Shown here: in pieces, positions 39,313-49,127 of the stretch | Position numbering within the stretch: position 1 is the first letter of the stretch | Layout of the letters: every line of letters starts with the position of its first letter | Assembly: GCA_963769425.1 (NCBI GenBank) | Contig: CAVYLP010000004.1 | Coordinates: 96,001-160,000 of the forward strand | Direction: 5' to 3' | Length of the DNA stretch: 64,000 nt | Source of the DNA: Candidatus Bathyarchaeota archaeon | GTDB taxonomy: Archaea > Thermoproteota > Bathyarchaeia > TCS64 | The notes under the pieces: generated by a model | Database searches by the model: none | The model's input: only the letters and a program-made list of their open reading frames with translations | What the model was told of the DNA's origin: nothing | Position numbers and translations under genes: made by a program

Positions 39313-40755
39313 ATGGCCAGCCTTGAGGGGATGAAAAGCGACGCGTTAAGCTGGATCGACAGGAACATCGATGTGATCATCGGAATCAGCGACAAGATAT
39401 GGAGCTACGCTGAGCTTGGCTTCGAGGAACACGATTCTTCTAGGCTCCTCTCTGGTGAGTTGGAGAAGCACAGCTTCAGGGTCGAGCGCGGCGTTGCAGG
39501 GATTCCAACTGCCTTCGTCGCCTCGTGGGGGTCGGGGAAACCCCTCATCGGCGTGATGGGGGAGTACGACGCCCTCATGGGCGTATCGCAGGAGAAGGTT
39601 CCCACGAGGGACCCAATCGTGGAGGGCGGCAACGGCCACGGGTGCGGCCACAATATACATGGTGCCTCCGGGATGGCGGGTGCCATCGCCGCGAGGTACG
39701 CCATGGAGAAGAACGATATCAAGGGCACGATCAGGTTCTACGGCACACCCGCCGAGGAGAGCGGCAGCGGAAAGGTCTGGATGGTCCGCGCCGGAGTCTT
39801 CGACGGCGTCGACGCAGTCCTCAGCCACCACCCAGGAGCCATGAACTACGCCCCCCTCGGAAGCAGCCTCGCAAACAACAGCGTCAAGTTCCACTTCCAC
39901 GGCAAGACGAGCCACGCCGCGGGGAGCCCCGAGCAGGGCAGGAGCGCCCTAGACGCGGTGGAGCTCATGAACGTCGGCGTCAACTACCTGCGTGAGCACG
40001 TCGTGCAAGACGCCCGGATGCACTACGTCATCGAGGCCGGAGGCGGCCAGCCCAACGTCGTCCCCGACTACGCACGCAGTTGGTACCTGATCCGCGCTCC
40101 CGAGAGGGATCAGGTTGACAGCATCTACGCACGAATCCTCAAGATAGCCGAGGGCGCCACACTGATGACGGAGACCACCTTCGAGGTCGAATTCCTCAAG
40201 GCCGTCTACAACAAGCTCCCTAGCAGGGCCCTAAGCGACCTCGTCGCCTCAAACATGCGCCTAATCGACGCCCCAAAGTGGAGCAGGGAGGAACTCGCCT
40301 TCGCGACGGAGCTGGGGAAGAGCGTCCCCGCCGAGCAGAAGCGGGACTCGCTGCGCAAGTCGAAGCGCCCCGGCTGGGAGAAGCTCGAGGGCGTCGTGAT
40401 GGATGATAGCGTACCCGACGCTTGGGACGAGGGGGACGTGAGCCACGGCTCCACGGACGTGAGTGACGTCAGCTGGAAGGCTCCCACGATGGAGTTTTAC
40501 ACCGCCACGTGGCCCCTCGGTACCCCGGGGCACAGCTGGATGAACGTCGCCGCCTCGGGCACCGGCATCGGGCACAGGAGCCTCATATTCGCCTCTAAGG
40601 TGATAGCTGCCTCTGCCATCGACCTCCTCACTAAGCCGGAGCTGCTCAAGGGGGCGTGGGAGGAGCAGAGCAGAAGGACGATGGGAAAGACTTACAGGAG
40701 CCCCCTGCCCCCCAATGCTAAGCCACCACTCGGGATGTGGGGGAAGAAGAGCTAG
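39313..40755 (+). CDS. M20 amidohydrolase, AbgB-like (p-aminobenzoyl-glutamate hydrolase subunit B family)
   Basis: EYDAL, GHGCGHN, TPAEE.GSGK, GRSALDAVELMN.G.NYLREH, GSTDVSDVSW, PGHSW. Confidence 0.88.
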   Translation: MASLEGMKSDALSWIDRNIDVIIGISDKIWSYAELGFEEHDSSRLLSGELEKHSFRVERGVAGIPTAFVASWGSGKPLIGVMGEYDALMGVSQEKVPTRDPIVEGGNGHGCGHNIHGASGMAGAIAARYAMEKNDIKGTIRFYGTPAEESGSGKVWMVRAGVFDGVDAVLSHHPGAMNYAPLGSSLANNSVKFHFHGKTSHAAGSPEQGRSALDAVELMNVGVNYLREHVVQDARMHYVIEAGGGQPNVVPDYARSWYLIRAPERDQVDSIYARILKIAEGATLMTETTFEVEFLKAVYNKLPSRALSDLVASNMRLIDAPKWSREELAFATELGKSVPAEQKRDSLRKSKRPGWEKLEGVVMDDSVPDAWDEGDVSHGSTDVSDVSWKAPTMEFYTATWPLGTPGHSWMNVAASGTGIGHRSLIFASKVIAASAIDLLTKPELLKGAWEEQSRRTMGKTYRSPLPPNAKPPLGMWGKKS

Positions 40756-41393
40756 AGCTTGTAGACGTCACCAGGCTTCAGGATGACAACCTTCGTTGCG
40801 CCGCCGGCCTCCACCTTCTTCTTGAAGACCATCGGGTCCGTGTCCCAGATGTGCATCGGGATGGCGACCTTCGGCTTGATCGCGAGGACGAGGTCGGCGG
40901 CCTCGTCGTTGTCCATAGTGTAGGTGCCACCGGTGGCGCAGAGCATCACGTCGATGCCCTTCAGAGCCCTCAGCTCGGGGACGAACTCCGTGTCCCCGGT
41001 GTGATAGATGGTCTTACCCTCGGCGCGGATGAGGTACCCTACGCCGAAGCCCTTCGGGTGGAATGGGACCCCCGGGGCCCTCAACCTCTTCACGTTGTAT
41101 GCCCAGACCGCCTCGACCTCGACGTCCCCGACCTTCGTCTTCTCCCCGGGCTTGAGGGTGATCGGCTTCGCCCCCGCCTTCGCGCAGTCAGCCGGGGCGA
41201 TGAAAGTCGTCGAGGGACCGAGGGCCTGCCTCAGCTTGTCCTCCTTGCAGTGGTCCTGGTGGGAGTGGCTGACGAGGACGACGTCCCCCTTCGGCGTGTA
41301 CTCACCCTCATAGGGGTCGAGGTAGATCGTCTTACCCGCGGCCTTCACCATCCAGCTAGAGTGACCGAGCCATTTTATCTCCATAATACTCAC
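40752..41393 (-). CDS. MBL-fold metallo-hydrolase
   Basis: WLGHSS, SHSHQDH, YHTGDT, IPMH. Confidence 0.9.
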   Translation of the reverse strand: MSIMEIKWLGHSSWMVKAAGKTIYLDPYEGEYTPKGDVVLVSHSHQDHCKEDKLRQALGPSTTFIAPADCAKAGAKPITLKPGEKTKVGDVEVEAVWAYNVKRLRAPGVPFHPKGFGVGYLIRAEGKTIYHTGDTEFVPELRALKGIDVMLCATGGTYTMDNDEAADLVLAIKPKVAIPMHIWDTDPMVFKKKVEAGGATKVVILKPGDVYKL

Positions 41394-41429
41394 GTGGATG
41401 ACTCAGGCCGCGGGGATTTATCTCTCTTC

Positions 41430-42634
41430 TCATGCAGCGGGTTTGGACTCCCTGATTGTCAGATAGAGCAACCCAAAGGCGAAGCGGAGAACAGTCGTGA
41501 AAACGAGTACCATGCTTATCGCGGAGTAGTTGGTTGATGTGATGAACCCCTGGGTGATGGTGCCCATGAGATATGAGCCAAGGAAGCTTGAGACGCCGAC
41601 GGCGGTCACGCTGGCGGCTAGGTAGGTTGCCCTCAGCTTGGCAGGCGCGATGTCGATGATATAGGTCGACTGCCCGCACGACCACGCCGCCGTCGCGACC
41701 CCGACCAGCCCCTCTATGGCGATTATGTGGAGCCAACTGGTCGCGAAGGCGTAGCCGAGGGTGGAGACCGCCATCGCTACGCGGCTGAAGACTATTATTG
41801 GCCGCCTCCCGACCCTGTCCATCATCCTCCCGAAGATGCTCTGGAAGAGGACGCCGAAGCCTAGGTTCGAGACCGCCGTCGCGGCTATCTGCCAGACGCT
41901 CATCCCCAGCTTCCCTACGGTTATGTATGAGAAGAACGGCAACGCCGTCGCGGAGCCGGCGTTCCAAATGAATGTGATGATCAGGAATCGTCTCAGGTCA
42001 CGATCCCTCATGAGGGCGGCGAACTCGAATCTGCGCCTTCCCCCCACGGGGGGCTTCTCCTTCGTGAACGAGACTCAGAATGGCGGAGGCGAAGCTGGAG
42101 GCTGACGCGAGGAGGAGGAGGGCGGTGAATGATGCCTGTGTTCATCGGCCCCGTCTGGTTGAAGGCTATGATTAGCGCGGTCACCATCGCTGCGAAGCCG
42201 CCGATCTGGGCGACGGCGCTTATCCTCCCGATCACCTCGCCCCTCCCGACCTCCCCCGCGTAGTCGCCGATGAGGCTCCCCCAGGCAGGTGTCGCCATCG
42301 CGGTCGTCGCGCTGATCACGACGATTAACACGAGGAGCCAGAGGGGGGCGCCGACGAATGCGAGGGCGGCGAATGCTAACCCGCTCAGGACGCGCCCCGC
42401 GATGATTATACGTCTCTTCCCAAATGAGTCGGCGAGGTCACCGAAGACGACCTGCGGGAGGGCGAGCGCGATCTGCCTGCTCCCGTTTATGAGGCCCGAC
42501 TCCGCGACGGTTGCCCCCGCGGCGACAGCTATGGTGCCCGTGAACCTGTCGGTTATCGTGTCCGGGATGGACTGGGCTGCGCCCGCGAGGTAGAGTGCCC
42601 TCGACTCCTCAAGGTGCTCCTCGTCGCCTCCCAT
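41430..42634 (-). CDS. MFS transporter (frameshifts near 42070-42130)
   Basis: GDLADSFGKRR and GRMMDRVGRRP motif-A loops in the two halves. Confidence 0.85.
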
Positions 42635-42728
42635 AGGTCCACCCCTGCACCACACAGATTATTTGAAGGTATCACCGCACCGCCTCCCAGAACCTTTTAA
42701 ATCCCCTCCCCCATCTTCTGTAGGCGCC

Positions 42729-42813
42729 GCAGGGGTTCCCGAGTGGCCAAAGGGGTCAGGCTTAGGACCTGATGGTTAGTCCTCCGTGGGTTCGAACCCC
42801 ACCCCCTGCACCA
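42729..42813 (+). tRNA. tRNA-Leu(UAG), CCA encoded
   Basis: Acceptor GCAGGGG/CCCCTGC, anticodon arm TCAGG-CTTAGGA-CCTGA, long variable arm, T-arm GTGGG-TTCGAAC-CCCAC. A TTTTAAAT TATA-like box lies upstream. Confidence 0.95.
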
Positions 42814-42828
42814 TTTTACTAGCGCGCG

Positions 42829-43448
42829 CCGCATCTGCGAACCTGATCTCTTATGGCTAATCAGAATACACGCTACATATCTTTCCTCTTCATAGTCGTG
42901 CAGTAGACTCGGAAGCCGATCTTCTCCCAGAACTTATTGCCACGGGGGTTGGACTCTAAGACCTCGAGACTAAGTTCTGAGCCCTTCGGGAAGTGCTTCT
43001 CCGAGATGAGGTTGAAAGAGGCTTCTCCTAAGCCTTTACTTCGTTTCTCTCGACGAATGAAGAACTGGCGGACATACACCGTTGGCTGATCGGGGAAGTA
43101 GTCGTCCCTGCCCTCCTTGTAGAGCATGTAACCGGCTTCCTCGCCGTCTACATTTATCATAACTGCACGCCAATCGCTTCTAAGAAGTCCAATCATCCTG
43201 TTATTTAGCTCCATTATGTTCATGGGGTTCCGACTTCCCTCGTCCTCGATGAGTTGTTTGTTCCAGTTGGCAAGGGTGGGGACATCTGCGAGTGTTGCGG
43301 GTCGGATCTCAATGTTCATCTCAATCACGCCGGTTACCATGGGTTTTCTATCGAAGTTGTTTGACTTAAAGCGGTTATGACATGACTGGCTCAGTATTCT
43401 ACTTGTTTGCTCTAAGTGCAACAAATCCAAAGACCGCATCTGCGAACC
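42829..43448 (+). repeat. 15-bp perfect direct repeat CCGCATCTGCGAACC flanking the GNAT gene
   Basis: Copies at 42829-42843 and 43434-43448. Confidence 0.85.
42873..43340 (-). CDS. GNAT family N-acetyltransferase
   Basis: IRPAT..D, FFIRREKRSKGLG (motif A), L.VL..N..G..FW.K.GF. Confidence 0.88.
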   Translation of the reverse strand: MVTGVIEMNIEIRPATLADVPTLANWNKQLIEDEGSRNPMNIMELNNRMIGLLRSDWRAVMINVDGEEAGYMLYKEGRDDYFPDQPTVYVRQFFIRREKRSKGLGEASFNLISEKHFPKGSELSLEVLESNPRGNKFWEKIGFRVYCTTMKRKDM

Positions 43449-43558
43449 ATGCCCTAAACCGGAATCTTGTCAAGTAGGCTCATCAGTACGCGCGCGAGAA
43501 AATCCAGCAGCAGAAAGTAATGATTACTACCTTATATATTTCTTAACAAACCTCTGAA

Positions 43559-45077
43559 ATGATGATTTTCATGGCTCAAAACCCTAAGAATAAAATGTTC
43601 ATAGATGGCGAATGGGTTGACTCCTCCTCCGGCGAGAAGTTCGAAGTACGCGATCCATCGACAGGGAAAGTGTTCGAGAATGTTCCATCAGCGTCGTCAG
43701 AGGATGTCGATAAAGCGGTAGAATCCGCTAGAAATACATTCGATAATGGGAGTATGGAGTAAGGCTCCTCCAGCAGATAGAGCGAACGTCCTCCTGAAGG
43801 TCGCGTCGATGCTTGAGGAGAAGATAAACGAATTCGCGGAACTGGAGACGCGCAACTCCGGAAAATCGATCAAACAGTCAAGAAACTACGACCTACCCTA
43901 CACGATCGACAACATACGTTACATAGCTGGAGCGTCTCGCCTGCTCGAAGGCGACGCTATGGCAGAATACGTCGCAGATGGTACAAGCGCTGTGAGAAGG
44001 GAGCCCATCGGCGTCATTGCCGTGATCACGCCCTGGAACTACCCGTTGATGATGGTCATATGGAGAGCCTTCCCTGCTCTTGCGACTGGAAACAGTGTAG
44101 TACTCAAACCATCCTCCTACACGCCTCTTACCACATTAGAACTCGGACATATACTGCAGAAAGCCGGCGTACCGAATGGGGTCTTCAACATCGTCACAGG
44201 TCCAGGAAGTTCAGTCGGAGAGGATCTCGCTCGACACAAGAAAGTTGACATGATCGCTTTCACAGGCAGCACCGAAGTTGGGAAGCGACTATTGGAGCTC
44301 GGGTCGAAAACAGTGAAGAAGGTCTCTCTGGAACTCGGAGGTAAAGCCCCGTTCATAGTTCTTGAAGACGCCGACCTTGACGCCGCCACAGAGGGAGCGG
44401 TAATTGGGGGTCTCGTCAACAATGGGCAAGACTGCGCGAACTCTACGAGGTATTACATCCAAGAGTCTAGGCTCGAGGAGTTCCAAAGTCTACTCGTCGA
44501 GAAGCTAAGCAAGGTCCGTATAGGTGATCCATTTGATCCAGAAACAGATATGGGGCCGCTGATCTCCGAGGCGCAGCGTACAAGAGTCTTAGACTACATA
44601 GAGAAGGGAGTCGGAGATGGAGGCAGACTGCTTTATGGTGGGAAGAAGCCGAGGATAGCCAGACATCAAGGCGGCTTTTACTTGGAGCCCACGGCGATCT
44701 ACACCGATAACGACGACTCGTCTATCGTGAAGGAGGAGATTTTTGGCCCCGTCTTCACAGTCCTCAAGACTTCAGATTTAGAGGACGCTGTACAAAGGAG
44801 TAATGATGTGGTCTATGGGCTTGGCGCATCCATCTGGACCAGAGACGTGACGAAGGCTATGAGGGCTGTAAGGGACCTGAGGTTCGGCACCGTTTGGGTC
44901 AACGAACACGTCACAGTTCCATCGGAGATGCCTTGGGCTGGCTACAAACAGAGCGGTCACGGAGCCTCTCTATCTCGCTACAGCCTCGAAGAGTTCACCT
45001 ACATCAAGCACGTCTACTTCGATCTAACTGGCTTAGCAAGGAAGTCGTGGTATTACCAGGTGTATGGGAAGAAGTGA
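43559..45077 (+). CDS. NAD-dependent aldehyde dehydrogenase, aminobutyraldehyde/betaine-aldehyde-like; frameshift near 43750
   Basis: ITPWNYP, FTGS, LELGGK, NGQDC, EEIFGP. Confidence 0.9.
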
Positions 45078-45132
45078 AGTATAATTAGCAAGACACAATA
45101 AATGTCGCATCTTTCATAAGAAAAAAATAACC

Positions 45133-46371
45133 TCAACATGTTAAAGCTCCATCATACATCTGGTGCATCAACACCCTCGTGTTCTCAAGTGTCAGTTTCC
45201 TAGGATTGAATCTGGGGAGGCCGTATAGATGCTGGCGTTCATTGAAGATGTACTCTGCGAACCCGTCGATCTCGCCTTCTGGAATGCCGAGTTGTTTCAG
45301 ATTAGTTGGCAGCTCAAGGTCCTCCAATAGCTCCTTAACGCCGTATACGAATCTGTTGGCCGCTTCACGCGGTGATAGACCAATTACATCGTCACCAAGA
45401 ACTTGCCTAGAAACGTATGCGAGTTTCTCGATGCATGCTGGTAGATTGAACTGTAGTATGTAAGGCAGGACAACTCCACATGCTACGCCATGGGGGACTT
45501 TCCAACGAGGTCCCAACGCTTCCGCAACGCAATGTCCCAGTATTGCTGGGCCACCGATCCAGGGGTACGCGATCACTGTTCCTCCTAGGTTCGCAGCAAT
45601 AGCCATGTACCATCTTGCCTCCAGATCGTCCCCCGTGTGGTAGGCTCTTCTCGCGTATCCGAAGACGACCTTCGTGGCTTCCAGCGCCTGAGAGTCGGAT
45701 ATTGGGTTGGCTTCTCTATCTATAAGGGCCTCAACATTGTGGGATAGGGCGTCCATTGCGCTTCCGGCTGTCTGCTTTGGTGGACAGGAGATCACCATTA
45801 GGGGGTCTACTATCGCCACATCCGCCAAGAGGTTACTGCTGGCTGCCCATGTCTTGTATAGACCCTCGATAACGACGGAGTAGTTTGAGACTTCGCTGCC
45901 GGTACCAGAGGTTGTTGGGATGAGTATCTTCGGCTTCGCCGCGACTTTGCTCTTATCTTCTATGGGATTCATATAATTCATCACGTCTCCGGAGTTCGTT
46001 AAACAGAGGGCAACCATCTTCGCAGTATCCAGCACCGCACCACCCCCCACTCCAATGACGAGGTCATAGTTCCCCTCCCTGCCGAATGTCACAGCGGCCC
46101 CTATGCTGTCCGAGGTGGGTTCAGCGGAAATCTGATCGTAGATCTCAATATCTAAGCCAGTATTCCTTAATTTGTCTGCAACTGAATCAGTTATCCCAGC
46201 TTTTTTTACGCCCTTATCAGTGACCACGAGAATCTTCTTACCTCCGAGCCTCTTAGTCTCGGGACCAATAAATTCCTGCACAGCTCCTGTGGCGAAGATT
46301 ACTCTTCGAGGTAAATCATATACGCTCACCCTGGCCACGTTCAGCCTAGTCTCATAACCTTTCAGACTCAA
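45133..46371 (-). CDS. Iron-containing alcohol dehydrogenase family (hydroxyacid-oxoacid transhydrogenase / 4-hydroxybutyrate dehydrogenase-like)
   Basis: GVGGGAVLDTAK, PTTSGTGSE, DALSH, GH...PHGVAC metal ligands. Confidence 0.88.
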   Translation of the reverse strand: MSLKGYETRLNVARVSVYDLPRRVIFATGAVQEFIGPETKRLGGKKILVVTDKGVKKAGITDSVADKLRNTGLDIEIYDQISAEPTSDSIGAAVTFGREGNYDLVIGVGGGAVLDTAKMVALCLTNSGDVMNYMNPIEDKSKVAAKPKILIPTTSGTGSEVSNYSVVIEGLYKTWAASSNLLADVAIVDPLMVISCPPKQTAGSAMDALSHNVEALIDREANPISDSQALEATKVVFGYARRAYHTGDDLEARWYMAIAANLGGTVIAYPWIGGPAILGHCVAEALGPRWKVPHGVACGVVLPYILQFNLPACIEKLAYVSRQVLGDDVIGLSPREAANRFVYGVKELLEDLELPTNLKQLGIPEGEIDGFAEYIFNERQHLYGLPRFNPRKLTLENTRVLMHQMYDGALTC

Positions 46372-46636
46372 ATTACGTCTCTCCTATTGATTGTATGAAT
46401 TAGATGGGTGTTTATCGAGATTTAAAATAAACATGTTTTACATGTAAAAGATCTCAAATCCCTCATTATGGGTGCGCGCAGGTATTGCACACACACAAAT
46501 TACTAATAATAACGGGTTGGTGCCCCACCCCTGCACCAACTATTAATAAACAAAACTCCTGTGTGGATATTAGTGTCATAATACCTATGTTATTTAGGAC
46601 AGATTCTATATTGCACCTATCGCAAATATTCCACAT

Positions 46637-47260
46637 ATGTTCACAAGGGTCCTCCCTGCTATCATAGCGGGAAACCAAGAAGAGCTAGATGCTATGTTGG
46701 GGCGCCTGCTGGGCAACGTCGAATGGGTTATGCTCGATTTTATGGATGGCAGATTCGTGGCCTCCACAGCACTTATGTTTGACTTAAAATTGCCGAAAGG
46801 GCTCCGTTACGAGGCTCATCTAATGGTAAAAACGCCTATGCACAATTTGGAGGAGCTTCGAGGGAAGGTAGAGTCTGTGATAATCCATGTTGAGTCGGAT
46901 GGTTTCTCGGAGGCGCTGACCAGGGCAAGGAGCCTCGGTTACGAAGTCGCCGCGGCGATCAACCCCGGGACACCGACGAAACTCCTCGAAGAACACCTGA
47001 AAGAGTTGGACAGAGTCCTCGTCATGACCGTTGAACCAGGCAGGTACGGTGCGCCCTTCGTGCCTGCGGCTCTAGAGACTGTGAAATATCTGAGAATGCT
47101 AGCACCGCAATTACCAATCGAGGTCGATGGCGCTATGAATCCAGAGAATGCAAGAAAGGCCAAGGAAGCTGGCGCCAATATCTTCGCTTCTGGTAGCTAC
47201 ATTGTGAAGAGCCCCGACCTTAAGGGTGCAATAATGGCCCTTGAAGCAGCTGTAAGATGA
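46637..47260 (+). CDS. rpe: Ribulose-phosphate 3-epimerase family
   Basis: LDFMDGRFV, EAHLMV, INPGTP, LVMTVEPG, IEVDG, GANIFASGS. Confidence 0.85.
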   Translation: MFTRVLPAIIAGNQEELDAMLGRLLGNVEWVMLDFMDGRFVASTALMFDLKLPKGLRYEAHLMVKTPMHNLEELRGKVESVIIHVESDGFSEALTRARSLGYEVAAAINPGTPTKLLEEHLKELDRVLVMTVEPGRYGAPFVPAALETVKYLRMLAPQLPIEVDGAMNPENARKAKEAGANIFASGSYIVKSPDLKGAIMALEAAVR

Positions 47261-47490
47261 GATTCTTTGAATGTCGATTCCTTCGAGTGACTATAATCCA
47301 TGTATGTTGGATATGAGGGTTGATCCGTTATTGAATTATTGTGAATTGTGTTCTCCGCTTTGCCTTTTTATTAACGTTTTAAAAATAATTTCCTTAGAAA
47401 ATATACCAATCCGGACCCCATTTATTGGTAAAGTTTAAATTGGTCCTTTGGAGTGGGTTTTCTTAGTATTAAGCTGTCTCAAACGGAGAA

Positions 47491-47793
47491 GTGCTTAGAG
47501 TTTTGTCATCATCTCAACCGTGTTACTCTAGGTGTAGAGATTTTAGCTGCACAAAGAGGGCTATGTCCTTCAGAGGTAAGTCTACGTGGTGCCAATGGAC
47601 GGAGGCGGAGTGTGAGCCGACGAAGTGCACTTATGCAGTGTGCTTTAAGCGTCAGCTCCTCGACAACGGTGTCTGTGGCTTCACAATCAAAAGGAAGACC
47701 CAAGAGGATTCGGAGCCGGATACTTTCCAGTTACCTGAAGTACGTGCGAGAGGTAAACTCGCCAAGAAGGTCGGGGATAGGAGCATCTATTAG
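47491..47793 (+). CDS. Small Cys-rich hypothetical protein
   Basis: Eight Cys in C.S.C..F.C.K.A...WC.W...C...C.YA.C....L..G.C; co-oriented with the downstream methyltransferase. Confidence 0.6.
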   Translation: MLRVLSSSQPCYSRCRDFSCTKRAMSFRGKSTWCQWTEAECEPTKCTYAVCFKRQLLDNGVCGFTIKRKTQEDSEPDTFQLPEVRARGKLAKKVGDRSIY

Positions 47794-47820
47794 CCTCCTC
47801 CTGTAAAATCAAGTTCGGCC

Positions 47821-48666
47821 ATGAAGCGGGACATCCGTAGCGAGTTGTCGGGCATTATCCCCACCGAATTAATCGGGCTTGTGCCACGTTCCTTCGACGT
47901 TATTGGTTCAAAGGGCCGAGCGGTGGCGGTCATCGAGGTACCACCTGAGCTTGAGCAATATGGTGTCGCCATAGGGGAAGCCCTGATGCGAGTTCAGAGG
48001 AACGTGAGAAGCGTCCTCTCGAAGGGGACCGAGCGCATGGGTGGATTCCGCGTACGAGAGATGACTCTCCTTACCGGTGACTCAGACACCGAGGTACTCC
48101 ACAAGGAGTCAGGATGCGTATTCAAGGTCGACCCGGCCAAGGCGTACTTCTCGCCGAGGGAGTCGACCGAGAGGGAGAAGATAACATCGCAGGTGGCTCC
48201 CCATGAGAGAGTCCTTGTTATGTTTAGTGGTGTCGGGCCATTTGCCATTTGCATCGCTAAGAGGCAGCCGACAGTCTCGTGTGTCGCTGTCGAGTTTAAC
48301 CCCGCTGGACACAGATACTGCTTGGAGAACATCCAACTCAATAAAGTAGGTGATCGGGTCACAGCCATCCTCGGTGATGTCCGGGAGGTCTGTCCGTCGC
48401 TCGGTGAAAGGTTCGACAGAGTCCTCATGCCACTCCCGAAGGGGGCATACGAGTACCTCGACGTCGCTGTTCCTATGGTTAAACCCGGGGGTATCCTCCA
48501 TTTCTACCATTGGGCACAGAGGGATGACCCCTTCACGGAGGGTGAAAGAATCCTTACAGAAGCCGCTGAAAGTTTTGGTAGAGTAGCGGAAGTAACTGAC
48601 CGCGTCAGGGTCTCCCAATATAGTCCATCCGCTTGGAAGATCAGATTAGATGCCCGTATTGTCTAG
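47821..48666 (+). CDS. Trm5/Taw2-family SAM-dependent tRNA G37/wyosine methyltransferase (short form without D1 domain)
   Basis: SFDVIG, HKESGC.F.VD..K.YFSPR...ER, VMFSGVGPF, DRVLMPLP. Confidence 0.85.
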   Translation: MKRDIRSELSGIIPTELIGLVPRSFDVIGSKGRAVAVIEVPPELEQYGVAIGEALMRVQRNVRSVLSKGTERMGGFRVREMTLLTGDSDTEVLHKESGCVFKVDPAKAYFSPRESTEREKITSQVAPHERVLVMFSGVGPFAICIAKRQPTVSCVAVEFNPAGHRYCLENIQLNKVGDRVTAILGDVREVCPSLGERFDRVLMPLPKGAYEYLDVAVPMVKPGGILHFYHWAQRDDPFTEGERILTEAAESFGRVAEVTDRVRVSQYSPSAWKIRLDARIV

Positions 48667-48942
48667 CTACTTGTTCTCTTCCTTCTCGCCTTCCCTCTCT
48701 AGGTCGAGCGGATTGTCGAGCGGGATCGGCGGCGGGGTCGTCGCCATGGTGTAACCAATCCAGAGAACTATGAAGAGCATTATGTAGACAGCCGCCAGGA
48801 TCGGGAGTTTGAAAGCCCAATCAGCTATTTCTTGGCTGATAAATCCAATCCCTAACTGGGGACCGAAAGACCATGCGAAGTACCCGATCATTATCAGCGC
48901 GGTGATCAGCATAATCGAGTATCCAAGCGACTTATCGTTCAA
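48667..48942 (-). CDS. Small archaeal 2-TM membrane protein
   Basis: Hydrophobic ORF with a WIGYTMATTPPP motif. Confidence 0.7.
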   Translation of the reverse strand: MNDKSLGYSIMLITALIMIGYFAWSFGPQLGIGFISQEIADWAFKLPILAAVYIMLFIVLWIGYTMATTPPPIPLDNPLDLEREGEKEENK

Positions 48943-49127
48943 TATCTACGCCTCTCGATATCTTGTTGTGCTTAACATTATTAGTCTTTTCTTTATGAAG
49001 AATTAGATATCAGGTTATTCGACTACACCAGCTGACTAACAAGCTCCCTCTCCCCCTCCATTAACCCTCTGAGAATATAGGCAATGGTTAAAAAGGTAAG
49101 CTGGGAATTAATTCGCTTACGTGACAG

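Larger units (their letters stand above)
42814..46538. mobile_element. Integrase-less genomic islet inserted at the tRNA-Leu 3' end
   Basis: 46514-46538 GGGTTGGTGCCCCACCCCTGCACCA resembles the tRNA 3' end GGGTTCGAACCCCACCCCCTGCACCA. The interval is visibly more AT-rich. Confidence 0.7.

Noticed and set aside
42821-43500. Intergenic CGCGCG tracts (also at ~12358, 15281 and 23702) as a dispersed element
   Set aside because: They are too short, and the flanks do not align.
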